From Octopus sinensis (Eukaryota), in contig NC_043022.1 of NCBI RefSeq assembly GCF_006345805.1, positions 17,050,001 through 17,114,000 of the forward strand: 64,000 bases of DNA. The letters are read 5' to 3'. The notes under the pieces were generated by a model. That model had not been told where the DNA came from, did not search any database, and saw nothing but the letters and a program-made list of their open reading frames with translations. The number at the start of each line of letters is the position of its first letter. Positions within the stretch are counted from its first letter, which is position 1. Made by a program: the position numbers and the translations under genes. Shown piece by piece: positions 1-15,000 of this stretch.

Positions 1-3000
1 GAAATTTTATGGAAATACTTTCAAATGGCATACATTACGATTATAAAGAAATTTGTGGGGGAAATCTTTTCCAAAAGTGTAGGGCAAAGGGCTTCGAAAA
101 TTCAATAGATCCGACCTTTTCCCTCGTCAATTTTAGGAAAATGGATTTATTTTGCAAAAAAATTTTATGGAAATACCTTTCAGATGGCATACATTACGAT
201 TATAAAGAAATTTATGGGGAAACCTTTTCCAAAAGTGAAGGGCAAAGGGCTTCGAAAATTCAAAAGATCCGAGGTTTCCCTCGTAAATTTTGGGAAAATG
301 GATTTATTTTTCAATGAAATTTTATGGAAATACCCTTCAAAAGGCATACATTACTATTATAAAGAAATTTGTGGGGGAAATCTTTTCCAAAAGTGTAGGG
401 CAAAGGGCTTCGAAAATTCAATAGATCCGACCTTTTCCCTCGTCAATTTTAGGAAAATGGATTTATTTTGCAAACAAATTTTATGGAAATACCTTTCAGA
501 TGGCATACATTATGATTATAAAGAAATTTATGGGGGAAACCTTTTCCAAAAGTGAAGGGCAAAGGGCTTCGAAAATTCAAAAGATCCGAGGTTTTCCCTC
601 GTAAATTTTGGGAAAATGGATTTATTTTTCAATGAAATTTTATGGAAATACCCTTCAAAAGGCATACATTACTATTATAAAGAAATTTATGGGGGAAATC
701 TTTTCCAAAAGGGTGGGGGAAAGGGCTTCGAAAATTCAATAGATCCGACCTTTTCCCTCATCAATTTTAGGAAAATGGATTTATTTTGCAATGAAATTTT
801 ATGGAAATACCTTTCAAATGGCATACATTATGATTATAAAGAAATTTATGGGGGAAATCTTTTCCAAAAGTGTAGGGCAAAGGGCTTCGATAATTCAAAA
901 AATCCGAACTTTTCCCTCGTAAATTTTAGGAAAATGGATTTATTTTTCAGTGAATTTTTATGGAAAACCCTTCAAATGGCATACATTATGATTATAAAGA
1001 AATTTATGGGGGAAATCTTTTCCAAAAGGGTGGGGGAAGGGCTTCGAAAATTCAAAAGATCCAAGCCGTTCCCTCGTAAATTTTAGGAAAATAGATTTAT
1101 TTTCAATGAAATTTTATGGAAATACCTTTCAAATGGCATACATTATGATTATAAAGAAATTTATGGGGGAAATCTTTTCCAAAAGGGGGGGAAAGGGCTT
1201 CAAAAATTCAAAAGATCCGAGGTTTTCCCTTGTAAATTTTAGGAAAATGGATTTATTTTTCAATGAAATTTTATGGAAATACCCTCCAAAAGGCATACAT
1301 TATGATTATAAAGAAATTTATGGGGCAAATCTTTTCCAAAAGGGTGGGGAAAGGGCTTCCAAAATTATAAATAAATCCAAGCCGTTCCCTCGTAAATTTT
1401 AGGAAAATGGTTTTATTTTTCAATGAAATTTTATGGAAATACCCTTCAAAAGGCATACATTACGATTATAAAGAAATTTATCGGGGAAATCTTTTCCAAA
1501 AGGGTGGGGAAAGGGCTTCGAAAATTCAAAAGATCCAAGCCGTTCCCTCGTAAATTTTAGGAAAATGGATTTATTTTTCAATGAAATTTTATGGAAATAC
1601 CCTTCAAAAGGCATACATTACGATTATAAAGAAATTTATGGGGGAAATCTTTTCCAAAAGGGTGGGGGAAAGGGCTTCGAAAATTCAAAAGATCCAAGGT
1701 TTTCCCTTGTAAATTTTAGGAAAATGGATTTATTTTTCAATGAAATTTTATGGAAATACCTTTCAAATGGCATACATTACGATTATAAAGAAATTTATGG
1801 GGGAAATCTTTTCCAAAAGGGTGGGGCAAAGGGCTTCCAAAATTCAAAAGATCCGAGGTTTTCCCTCGTAAATTTTAGGAAAATGGATTTAATTTTCAAT
1901 GAAATTTTATGGAAATACCTTTCAAATGGCATACATTACGATTATAAAGAAATTTGTGGGGGAAATCTTTTCCAAAAGTGTAGGGCAAAGGGCTTCGAAA
2001 ATTCAATAGATCCGACCTTTTCCCTCGTAAATTTTAGGAAAATGGATTTATTTTGCAATGAAATTTTATGGAAATACCTTTCAAATGGCATACATTATGA
2101 TTATAAAGAAATTATGGGGGAAATCAGTTCCAAAAGTGTAGGGCAAAGGGCTTCGAAAATTCAAAAGATCCGAACTTTTCCCTCGTAAATTTAGGAAAAT
2201 GGATTTATTTTTCAATGAAATTTTATGGAAATACCCTTCAAATGGCATACATTAAGATTATAAAGAATTTATGGGGGAAATCTTTCCAAAAGGGTGGGGG
2301 AAAGGGCTTCGAAAATTCAAAAGATCCGACCTTTTCCCTCGTAAATTTTAGGAAAATGGATTTATTTTGCAATGAAATTTTATGGAAATACCTTTCAAAT
2401 GGAATACATTACGATTATAAAGAAATTTGTTGGGGAAATCTTTTCCAAAAGTGTAGGGCAAAGGGCTTTGAAAATTCAATAGATCCGACCTTTTCCCTCG
2501 TCAATTTTAGGAAAATGGATTTATTTTGCAAAGAAATTTTATGGAAATACCTTTCAAATGGCATACATTACGATTATAAAGAAATTTATGGGGGAAACCT
2601 TTTCCAAAAGTGAAGGGCAAAGGGCTTCGAAAATTCAAAAGATCCGAGGTTTTCCCTCGTAAATTTTGGGAAAATGGATTTATTTTTCAATGAAATTATG
2701 GAAATACCCTTCAAAAGGCATACATTACTATTATAAAGAAATTTATGGGGGAAATCTTTTCCAAAAGGGTGGGGGAAAGGGCTTCGAAAATTCAATAGAT
2801 CCGACCTTTTCCCTCATCAATTTTAGGAAAATGGATTTATTTTGCAATGAAATTTTATGGAAATACCTTTCAAATGGCATACATTATGATTATAAAGAAA
2901 TTGTGGGGGAAATCTTTTCCAAAAGTGTAGGGCAAAGGGCTTCGAAAATTCAAAAGATCCGAACTTTTCCCTCGTAATTTTAGGAAAATGGATTTATTTT

Positions 3001-6000
3001 GCAATGAAATTTTATGGAAATACCTTTCAAATGGCATACATTATAATTATAAAGAAATTTATGGGGGAAATCTTTTCCAAAAGTGTAGGGCAAAGGGCTT
3101 CGAAAATTCAAAAGATCCGAACTTTTCCCTCGTAAATTTTAGGAAAATGGATTTATTTTTCAATGAAATTTTATGGAAATACCCTTCAAATGGCATACAT
3201 TATGATTATAAAGAAATTTATGGGGGAAATCTTTTCCAAAAGGGTGGGGGAAAGGGCTTCGAAAATTCAAAAGATCCAAGCCGTTCCCTCGTAAATTTTA
3301 GGAAAATGGATTTATTTTTCAATGAAATTTTATGGAAATACCTTTCAAATGGCATACATTATGATTATAAAGAAATTTATGGGGGAAATCTTTTCCAAAA
3401 GGGTGGGGAAAGGGCTTCAAAAATTCAAAAGATCCGAGGTTTTCCCTTGTAAAATTTAGGAAAATGGATTTATTTTTCAATGAAATTTTATGGAAATACC
3501 CTTCAAAAGGCATACATTATGATTATAAAGAAATTTATGGGGCAAATCTTTTCCAAAAGGGTGGGGAAAGGGCTTCGAAAATTATAAATAAATCCAAGCC
3601 GTTCCCTCGTAAATTTTAGGAAAATGGTTTTATTTTCAATGAAATTTTATGGAAATACCCTTCAAAAGGCATACATAACGAATATAAAGAAATTTATCGG
3701 GCAAATCTTTTCCAAAAGGGTGGGGAAAGGGCTTCGAAAATTCAAAAGATCCAAGCCGTTCCCTCGTAAATTTTAGGAAAATGGATTTATTTTTCAATGA
3801 AATTTTATGGAAATACCCTTCAAAAGGCATACATTACGATTATAAAGAAATTTATGGGGGAAATCTTTTCCAAAAGGGTGGGGGAAAGGGCTTCGAAAAT
3901 TCAAAAGATCCAAGGTTTTCCTTGTAAATTTAGGAAATGGATTTATTTTTCGATGATGAAATTTATGGAAATACCTTTCAAATGGCATACATTACGATTA
4001 TAAAGAAATTTATGGGGGAAATCTTTTCCAAAAGGGTGGGGCAAAGGGCTTCGAAAATTCAAAAGATCCGAGCTTTTCCCTCGTAAATTTTAGGAAAGTG
4101 GATTTAATTTTCAATGAAATTTTATGGAAATACCTTTCAAATGGCATACATTACGATTATAAAGAAATTTGTGGGGCAAATCTTTTCCAAAAGTGTAGGG
4201 CAAAGGGCTTCGAAAATTCAATAGATCCGAACTTTTCCCTCGTAAATTTTAGGAAAATGGATTTAATTTTCAATGAAATTTTATGGAAATACCTTTCAAA
4301 TGGCATACATTACGATTATAAAGAAATTTGTGGGGGAAATCTTTTCCAAAAGTGTAGGGCAAAGGGCTTCGAAAATTCAATAGATCCGACCTTTTCCCTC
4401 GTAAATTTTAGGAAAATGGATTTATTTTGCAATGAAATTTTATGGAAATACCTTTCAAATGGCATACATTATGATTATAAAGAAATTTATGGGGGAAATC
4501 AGTTCCAAAAGTGTAGGGCAAAGGGCTTCGAAAATTCAAAAGATCCGAACTTTTCCCTCGTAAATTTTAGGAAAATGGATTTATTTTTCAATGAAATTTT
4601 ATGGAAATACCCTTCAAATGGCATACATTAAGATATAAAGAAATTTATGGGGGAAATCTTTCCAAAAGGGGGGGGAAAGGGCTTCGAAAATTCAAAAGAT
4701 CCGACCTTTTCCCTCGTAAATTTTAGGAAAATGGATTTATTTTGCAATGAAATTTTATGGAAATACCTTTCAAATGGAATACATTACGATTATAAAGAAA
4801 TTTGTTGGGGAAATCTTTTCCAAAAGTGTAGGGCAAAGGGCTTTGAAAATTCAATAGATCCGACCTTTTCCCTCGTCAATTTTAGGAAAATGGATTTATT
4901 TTGCAAAGAAATTTTATGGAAATACCTTTCAAATGGCATACATTACGATTATAAAGAAATTTATGGGGGAAACCTTTTCCAAAAGTGAAGGGCAAAGGGC
5001 TTCGAAAATTCAAAAGATCCGAGGTTTTCCCTCGTAAATTTTGGGAAAATGGATTTATTTTTCAATGAAATTTTATGGAAATACCCTTCAAAAGGCATAC
5101 ATTACTATTATAAAGAAATTTATGGGGAAATCTTTTCCAAAAGGGTGGGGGAAAGGGCTTCGAAAATTCAATAGATCCGACCTTTTCCCTCATCAATTTT
5201 AGGAAAATGGATTTATTTTGCAATGAAATTTTATGGAAATACCTTTCAAATGGCATACATTATGATTATAAAGAAATGTGGGGGAAATCTTTTCCAAAAG
5301 TGTAGGGCAAAGGGCTTCGAAAATTCAAAAGATCCGAACTTTTCCCTCGTAAATTTAGGAAAATGGATTTATTTGCAATGAAATTTTATGGAAATACCTT
5401 TCAAATGGCATACATTATAATTATAAAGAAATTTATGGGGGAAATCTTTTCCAAAAGTGTAGGGCAAAGGGCTTCGAAAATTCAAAAGATCCGAACTTTT
5501 CCCTCGTAAATTTTAGGAAAATGGATTTATTTTTCAATGAAATTTTATGGAAATACCCTTCAAATGGCATACATTATGATTATAAAGAAATTTATGGGGG
5601 AAATCTTTTCCAAAAGGGTGGGGGAAAGGGCTTCGAAAATTCAAAAGATCCAAGCCGTTCCCTCGTAAATTTTAGGAAAATGGATTTATTTTTCAATGAA
5701 ATTTTATGGAAATACCTTTCAAATGGCATACATTATGATTATAAAGAAATTTATGGGGGAAATCTTTTCCAAAAGGGTGGGGAAAGGGCTTCAAAAATTC
5801 AAAAGATCCGAGGTTTCCCTTGTAAATTTTAGGAAAATGGATTTATTTTTCAATGAAATTTTATGGAAATACCCTTCAAAAGGCATACATTATGATTATA
5901 AAGAAATTTATGGGGCAAATCTTTTCCAAAAGGGTGGGGAAAGGGCTTCGAAAATTATAAATAAATCCAAGCCGTTCCCTCGTAAATTTTAGGAAAATGG

Positions 6001-9000
6001 TTTTATTTTTCAATGAAATTTTATGGAAATACCCTTCAAAAGGCATACATAACGAATATAAAGAAATTTATCGGGCAAATCTTTTCCAAAAGGGTGGGGA
6101 AAGGGCTTCGAAAATTCAAAAGATCCAAGCCGTTCCCTCGTAAATTTTAGGAAAATGGATTTATTTTTCAATGAAATTTTATGGAAATACCCTTCAAAAG
6201 GCATACATTACGATTATAAAGAAATTTATGGGGGAAATCTTTTCCAAAAGGGTGGGGGAAAGGGCTTCGAAAATTCAAAAGATCCAAGGTTTTCCCTTGT
6301 AAATTTTAGGAAAATGGATTTATTTTTCGATGAAATTTTATGGAAATACCTTTCAAATGGCATACATTACGATTATAAAGAAATTTATGGGGGAAATCTT
6401 TTCCAAAAGGGTGGGGCAAAGGGCTTCGAAAATTCAAAAGATCCGAGCTTTTCCCTCGTAAATTTTAGGAAAATGGATTTAATTTTCAATGAAATTTTAT
6501 GGAAATACCTTTCAAATGGCATACATTACGATTATAAAGAAATTTGTGGGGCAAATCTTTTCCAAAAGTGTAGGGCAAAGGGCTTCGAAAATTCAATAGA
6601 TCCGACCTTTTCCCTCGTAAATTTTAGGAAAATGGATTTATTTTGCAATGAAATTTTATGGAAATACCTTTCAAATGGCATACATTATGATTATAAAGAA
6701 ATTTGTCGGGGAAATCCTTTCCAAAAGTGTAGGGCAAAGGGCTTCGAAAATTCAAAAGATCCGAACTTTTCCCTCGTAAATTTTAGGAAAATGGATTTAT
6801 TTTTCAATGAAATTTTATGGAAATACCCTTCAAATGGCATACATTAAGATTATAAAGAAATTTATGGGGGAAATCTTTTCCAAAAGGGTGGGGGAAAGGG
6901 CTTCGAAAATTCAAAAGATCCGACCTTTTCCCTCGTCAATTTTAGGAAAATGGATTTATTTTGCAAACAAATTTTATGGAAATACCTTTCAGATGGCATA
7001 CATTACGATTATAAAGAAATTTATGGGGGAAACCTTTTCCAAAAGTGAAGGGCAAAGGGCTTCGAAAATTCAAAAGATCCGAGGTTTTCCCTCGTAAATT
7101 TGGGAAAATGGATTTATTTTTCAATGAAATTTATGGAAATACCCTTCAAAAGGCATACATTAATTATAAAGAAATTTATGGGGGAAATCTTTCCAAAAGG
7201 TGGGGGAAAGGGCTTCGAAAATTCAATAGATCCGACCTTTTCCCTCATCAATTTTAGGAAAATGGATTTATTTTGCAATGAAATTTTATGGAAATACCTT
7301 TCAAATGGCATACATTACGATTATAAAGAAATTTATGGGGGAAATCTTTTCCAAAAGGGTGGGGGAAAGGGCTTCGAAAATTCAAAAGATCCGAGGTTTT
7401 CCCTCGTAAATTTTAGGAAAATGGATTTATTTTGCAATGAAATTTTATGGAAATACCTTTCAAATGGCATACATTATAATTATAAAGAAATTTATGGGGG
7501 AAATCTTTTCCAAAAGTGTAGGGCAAAGGGCTTCGAAAATTCAAAAAATCCGAACTTTTCCCTCGTAAATTTTAGGAAAATGGATTTATTTTTCAGTGAA
7601 ATTTTATGGAAATACCCTTCAAATGGCATACATTATGATTATAAAGAAATTTATGGGGGAAATCTTTTCCAAAAGGGTGGGGGAAAGGGCTTCGAAAATT
7701 CAAAAGATCCAAGCCGTTCCCTCGTAAATTTTAGGAAAATAGATTTATTTTTCAATGAAATTTTATGGAAATACCTTTCAAATGGCATACATTATGATTA
7801 TAAAGAAATTTATGGGGGAAATCTTTTCCAAAAGGGTGGGGAAAGGGCTTCAAAAATTCAAAAGATCCGAGGTTTTCCCTTGTAAATTTTAGGAAAATGG
7901 ATTTATTTTTCAATGAAATTTTATGGAAATACCCTCCAAAAGGCATACATTATGATTATAAAGAAATTTATGGGGCAAATCTTTTCCAAAAGGGTGGGGA
8001 AAGGGCTTCCAAAATTATAAATAAATCCAAGCCGTTCCCTCGTAAATTTTAGGAAAATGGTTTTATTTTTCAATGAAATTTTATGGAAATACCCTTCAAA
8101 AGGCATACATTACGATTATAAAGAAATTTATCGGGGAAATCTTTTCCAAAAGGGTGGGGAAAGGGCTTCGAAAATTCAAAAGATCCAAGCCGTTCCCTCG
8201 TAAATTTTAGGAAAATGGATTTATTTTTCAATGAAATTTTATGGAAATACCCTTCAAAAGGCATACATTACGATTATAAAGAAATTTATGGGGGAAATCT
8301 TTTCCAAAAGGGTGGGGGAAAGGGCTTCGAAAATTCAAAAGATCCGACCTTTTCCCTCGTCAATTTTAGGAAAATGGATTTATTTTGCAAACAAATTTTA
8401 TGGAAATACCTTTCAGATGGCATACATTACGATTATAAAGAAATTTATGGGGGAAACCTTTTCCAAAAGTGAAGGGCAAAGGGCTTCGAAAATTCAAAAG
8501 ATCCGAGGTTTTCCCTCGTAAATTTTGGGAAAATGGATTTATTTTTCAATGAAATTTTATGGAAATACCCTTCAAAAGGCATACATTACTATTATAAAGA
8601 AATTTATGGGGGAAATCTTTTCCAAAAGGGTGGGGGAAAGGGCTTCGAAAATTCAATAGATCCGACCTTTTCCCTCGTAAATTTTAGGAAAATGGATTTA
8701 TTTTGCAATGAAATTTTATGGAAATACCTTTCAAATGGCATACATTACGATTATAAAGAAATTTATGGGGGAAATCTTTTCCAAAAGGGTGGGGGAAAGG
8801 GCTTCGAAAATTCAAAAGATCCGAGTTTTCCCTCGTAAATTTTAGGAAAATGGATTTATTTTGCAATGAAATTTTATGGAAATACCTTTCAAATGGCATA
8901 CATTATAATTATAAAGAAATTTATGGGGGAAATCTTTTCCAAAGTGTAGGGCAAAGGGCTTCGAAAATTCAAAAAATCCGAACTTTTCCCTCGTAAATTT

Positions 9001-12000
9001 TAGGAAAATGGATTTATTTTTCAGTGAAATTTTATGGAAATACCCTTCAAATGGCATACATTATGATTATAAAGAAATTTATGGGGGAAATCTTTTCCAA
9101 AAGGGTGGGGGAAAGGGCTTCGAAAATTCAAAAGATCCAAGCCGTTCCCTCGTAAATTTTAGGAAAATAGATTTATTTTTCAATGAAATTTTATGGAAAT
9201 ACCTTTCAAATGGCATACATTATGATTATAAAGAAATTTATGGGGAAATCTTTCCAAAAGGTGGGGGGAAAGGGCTTCAAAATTCAAAAGATCCGAGGTT
9301 TTCCCTTGTAAATTTTAGGAAATGGATTTATTTTTCAATGAAATTTTATGGAAATACCCTCCAAAAGGCATACATTATGATTATAAAGAAATTTATGGGG
9401 CAAATCTTTTCCAAAAGGGGGGGAAAGGGCTTCCAAAATTATAAATAAATCCAAGCCGTTCCCTCGTAAATTTAGGAAAATGGTTTTATTTTTCAATGAA
9501 ATTTTATGGAAATACCCTTCAAAGGCATACATTACGATTATAAAGAAATTTATCGGGGAAATCTTTTCCAAAAGGGTGGGGAAAGGGCTTCGAAAATTCA
9601 AAAGATCCAAGCCGTTCCCTCGTAAATTTTAGGAAAATGGATTTATTTTTCAATGAAATTTTATGGAAATACCCTTCAAAAGGCATACATTACGATTATA
9701 AAGAAATTTATGGGGGAAATCTTTTCCAAAAGGGTGGGGGAAAGGGCTTTGAAAATTCAAAAGATCCAAGGTTTTCCCTTGTAAATTTTAGGAAAATGGA
9801 TTTATTTTTCAATGAAATTTTATGGAAATACCTTTCAAATGGCATACATTACGATTATAAAGAAATTTATGGGGGAAATCTTTTCCAAAAGGGTGGGGCA
9901 AAGGGCTTCCAAAATTCAAAAGATCCGAGGTTCCCTCGTAAATTTTAGGAAAATGGATTTAATTTTCAATGAAATTTTATGGAAATACCTTTCAAATGGC
10001 ATACATTACGATTATAAAGAAATTTGTGGGGGAAATCTTTTCCAAAAGTGTAGGGCAAAGGGCTTCGAAAATTCAATAGATCCGACCTTTCCCTCGTAAA
10101 TTTTAGGAAAATGGATTTATTTTGCAATGAAATTTTATGGAAATACCTTTCAAATGGCATACATTATGATTATAAAGAAATTTATGGGGGAAATCAGTTC
10201 CAAAAGTGTAGGGCAAAGGGCTTCGAAAATTCAAAAGATCCGAACTTTTCCCTCGTAAATTTTAGGAAAATGGATTTATTTTTCAATGAAATTTTATGGA
10301 AATACCCTTCAAATGGCATACATTAAGATTATAAAGAAATTTATGGGGGAAATCTTTTCCAAAAGGGTGGGGGAAAGGGCTTCGAAAATTCAAAAGATCC
10401 GACCTTTTCCCTCGTAAATTTTAGGAAAATGGATTTATTTTGCAATGAAATTTTATGGAAATACCTTTCAAATGGAATACATTACGATTATAAAGAAATT
10501 TGTTGGGGAAATCTTTTCCAAAAGTGTAGGGCAAAGGGCTTTGAAAATTCAATAGATCCGACCTTTTCCCTCGTCAATTTTAGGAAAATGGATTTATTTT
10601 GCAAAGAAATTTTATGGAAATACCTTTCAAATGGCATACATTACGATTATAAAGAAAATATAGGGGGAAACCTTTCCAAAAGTGAAGGGCAAAGGGCTTC
10701 GAAAATTCAAAAGATCCGAGGTTTTCCCTCGTAAATTTTGGGAAAATGGATTTATTTTTCAATGAAATTTTATGGAAATACCCTTCAAAAGGCATACATT
10801 ACTATTATAAAGAAATTTATGGGGGAAATCTTTTCCAAAAGGGTGGGGGAAAGGGCTTCGAAAATTCAATAGATCCGACCTTTTCCCTCATCAATTTTAG
10901 GAAAATGGATTTATTTTGCAATGAAATTTTATGGAAATACCTTTCAAATGGCATACATTATGATTATAAAGAAATTTGTGGGGGAAATCTTTTCCAAAAG
11001 TGTAGGGCAAAGGGCTTCGAAAATTCAAAAGATCCGAACTTTTCCCTCGTAAATTTTAGGAAAATGGATTTATTTTGCAATGAAATTTTATGGAAATACC
11101 TTTCAAATGGCATACATTATAATTATAAAGAAATTTATGGGGGAAATCTTTTCCAAAAGTGTAGGGCAAAGGGCTTCGAAAATTCAAAAGATCCGAACTT
11201 TTCCCTCGTAAATTTAGGAAAATGGATTTATTTTGCAATGAAATTTATGGAAATACCCTTCAAATGGCATACATTATGATTATAAAGAAATTTATGGGGG
11301 AAATCTTTTCCAAAAGGGTGGGGGAAAGGGCTTCGAAAATTCAAAAGATCCAAGCCGTTCCCTCGTAAATTTTAGGAAAATGGATTTATTTTTCAATGAA
11401 ATTTTATGGAAATACCTTTCAAATGGCATACATTATGATTATAAAGAAATTTATGGGGGAAATCTTTTCCAAAAGGGTGGGGAAAGGGCTTCAAAAATTC
11501 AAAAGATCCGAGGTTTTCCCTTGTAAATTTTAGGAAAATGGATTTATTTTTCAATGAAATTTTATGGAAATACCCTTCAAAAGGCATACATTATGATTAT
11601 AAAGAAATTTATGGGGCAAATCTTTTCCAAAAGGGTGGGGAAAGGGCTTCGAAAATTATAAATAAATCCAAGCCGTTCCCTCGTAAATTTTAGGAAAATG
11701 GTTTTATTTTTCAATGAAATTTTATGGAAATACCCTTCAAAAGGCATACATAACGAATATAAAGAAATTTATCGGGCAAATCTTTTCCAAAAGGGTGGGG
11801 AAAGGGCTTCGAAAATTCAAAAGATCCAAGCCGTTCCCTCGTAAATTTTAGGAAAATGGATTTATTTTTCAATGAAATTTTATGGAAATACCCTTCAAAA
11901 GGCATACATTACGATTATAAAGAAATTTATGGGGGAAATCTTTTCCAAAAGGGGGGGGGAAAGGGCTTCGAAAATTCAAAAGATCCAAGGTTTTCCCTTG

Positions 12001-15000
12001 TAAATTTAGGAAAATGGATTTATTTTTCGATGAAATTTTATGGAAATACCTTTCAAATGGCATACATTACGATTATAAAGAAATTTATGGGGGAAATCTT
12101 TTCCAAAAGGGTGGGCAAAGGGCTTCGAAAATTCAAAAGATCCGAGCTTTTCCCTCGTAAATTTTAGGAAAATGGATTTATTTTGCAAACAAATTTTATG
12201 GAAATACCTTTCAGATGGCATACATTACGATTATAAAGAAATTTATGGGGGAAACCTTTTCCAAAAGTGAAGGGCAAAGGGCTTCGAAAATTCAAAGATC
12301 CGAGGTTTTCCCTCGTAAATTTTGGGAAAATGGATTTATTTTTCAATGAAATTTATGGAAATACCCTTCAAACGGCATACATTACTATTATAAAGAAATT
12401 TGTGGGGAAAAATTTTCCAAAAGTGTAGGGCAAAGGGCTTCGAAAATTCAATAGATCCGACTTTTCCCTCGTCAATTTTAGGAAAATGGATTTATTTTGC
12501 AAACAAATTTTATGGAAATACCTTTCAGATGGCATACATTACGATTATAAAGAAATTTATGGGGGAAACCTTTCCAAAAGTGAAGGGCAAAGGGCTTCGA
12601 AAATTCAAAAGATCCGAGGTTTTCCCTCGTAAATTTTGGGAAAATGGATTTATTTTTCAATGAAATTTTATGGAAATACCCTTCAAAGGCATACATTACT
12701 ATTATAAAGAAATTTATGGGGGAAATCTTTTCCAAAAGGGTGGGGGAAAGGGCTTCGAAAATTCAATAGATCCGACCTTTTCCCTCATCAATTTTAGGAA
12801 AATGGATTTATTTTGCAATGAAATTTTATGGAAATACCTTTCAAATGGCATACATTATGATTATAAAGAAGAATTTGTGGGGGAAATCTTTTCCAAAAGT
12901 GTAGGGCAAAGGGCTTCGAAAATTCAAAAGATCCGAACTTTTCCCTCGTAAATTTTAGGAAAATGGATTTATTTTTCAAATTTTATGGAAATACCTTTCA
13001 AATGGCATACATTACGATTATAAAGAAATTTATGGGGCAAATCTTTTCCAAAGTGTAGGGCAAAGGGCTTCGAAAATTCAAAGATCCGAACTTTTCCCTC
13101 GTAAATTTTAGGAAAATGGATTTATTTTGCAATGAAATTTTATGGAAATACCTTTCAAATGGCATACATTATGATTATAAAGAAATTTGTCGGGGAAATC
13201 CTTTCCAAAAGTGTAGGGCAAAGGGCTTCGAAAATTCAAAAGATCCGAACTTTTTCCTCGTAAATTTTAGGAAAATGGATTTATTTTTCAATGAAATTTT
13301 ATGGAAATACCCTTCAAATGGCATACTTATTATATAAAGAAATTTATGGGGGAAACCTTTTCCAAAAGGGTGGGGGAAAGGGCTTCGAAAATTCAAAAGA
13401 TCCGACCTTTTCCCTCGTAAATTTTAGGAAAATGGATTTATTTTGCAATGAAATTTTATGGAAATACCTTTCAAATGGCATACATTACGATTATAAAGAA
13501 ATTTGTGGGGGAAATCTTTCCAAAAGTGTAGGGCAAAGGGCTTCGAAAATTCAATAGATCCGACCTTTTCCCTCGTCAATTTTAGGAAAATGGATTTATT
13601 TTGCAAACAAATTTTATGGAAATACCTTTCAGATGGCATACATTACGATTATAAAGAAATTTAAGGGGGAAACTTTTCCAAAAGTGAAGGGCAAAGGGCT
13701 TCGAAAATTCAAAAGATCCGAGGTTTTCCCTCGTAAATTTTGGGAAAATGGATTTATTTTTCAATGAAATTTTATGGAAATACCCTTCAAAAGGCATACA
13801 TTACTATTATAAAGAAAAATTTGGGGGAAATCTTTTCCAAAAGTGTAGGGCAAAGGGCTTCGAAAATTCAATAGATCCGACCTTTTCCCTCGTCAATTTT
13901 AGGAAATGGATTTATTTTGCAAACAAATTTTATGGAAATACCTTTCAGATGGCATACATTACGATTATAAAGAAATTTATGGGGGAAACCTTTTCCAAAA
14001 GTGAAGGGCAAAGGGCTTCGAAAATTCAAAAGATCCGAGGTTTTCCCTCGTAAATTTTGGGAAAATGGATTTATTTTTCAATGAAATTTTATGGAAATAC
14101 CCTTCAAAAGGCATACATTACTATTATAAAGAAATTTATGGGGGAAATCTTTTCCAAAAGGGTGGGTGAAAGGGCTTCGAAAATTCAATAGATCCGACCT
14201 TTTCCCTCATCAATTTTAGGAAAATGGATTTATTTTGCAATGAAATTTTATGGAAATACCTTTCAAATGGCATACATTATGATTATAAAGAAATTTGTGG
14301 GGGAAATCTTTTCCAAAAGTGTAGGGCAAAGGGCTTCGAAAATTCAAAAGATCCGAACTTTTCCCTCGTAAATTTTAGGAAAATGGATTTATTTTTCAAT
14401 GAATTTTATGGAAAATACTTTCAAATGGCATACATTACGATTATAAAGAAATTTATGGGGCAAATCTTTTCAAAAGTGTAGGGCAAAGGGCTTCGAAAAT
14501 TCAAAAGATCCGAACTTTTCCCTCGTAAATTTTAGGAAAATGGATTTATTTTTCAATGAAATTTTACGGAAATACCTTTCAAATGGCATACATTACGATT
14601 ATAAAGAAATTTATGGGGCAAATCTTTTCCAAAAGGGTGGGGGAAAGGGCTTCGAAAATCCAAAAGATCCGACCTTTTCCCTCGTAAATTTTAGGAAAAT
14701 GGATTTATTTTGCAATGAAATTTTATGGAAATACCTTTCAAATGGCATACATTACGATTATAAAGAAATTTGTGGGGGAAATCTTTTCCAAAAGTGTAGG
14801 GCAAAGGGCTTCGAAAATTCAATAGATCCGACCTTTTCCCTCGTCAATTTTAGGAAAATGGATTTATTTTGCAAACAAATTTTATGGAAATACCTTTCAG
14901 ATGGCATACATTACGATTATAAAGAAATTTATGGGGGAAACCTTTTCCAAAAGTGAAGGGCAAAGGGCTTCGAAAATTCAAAAGATCCGAGGTTTTCCCT

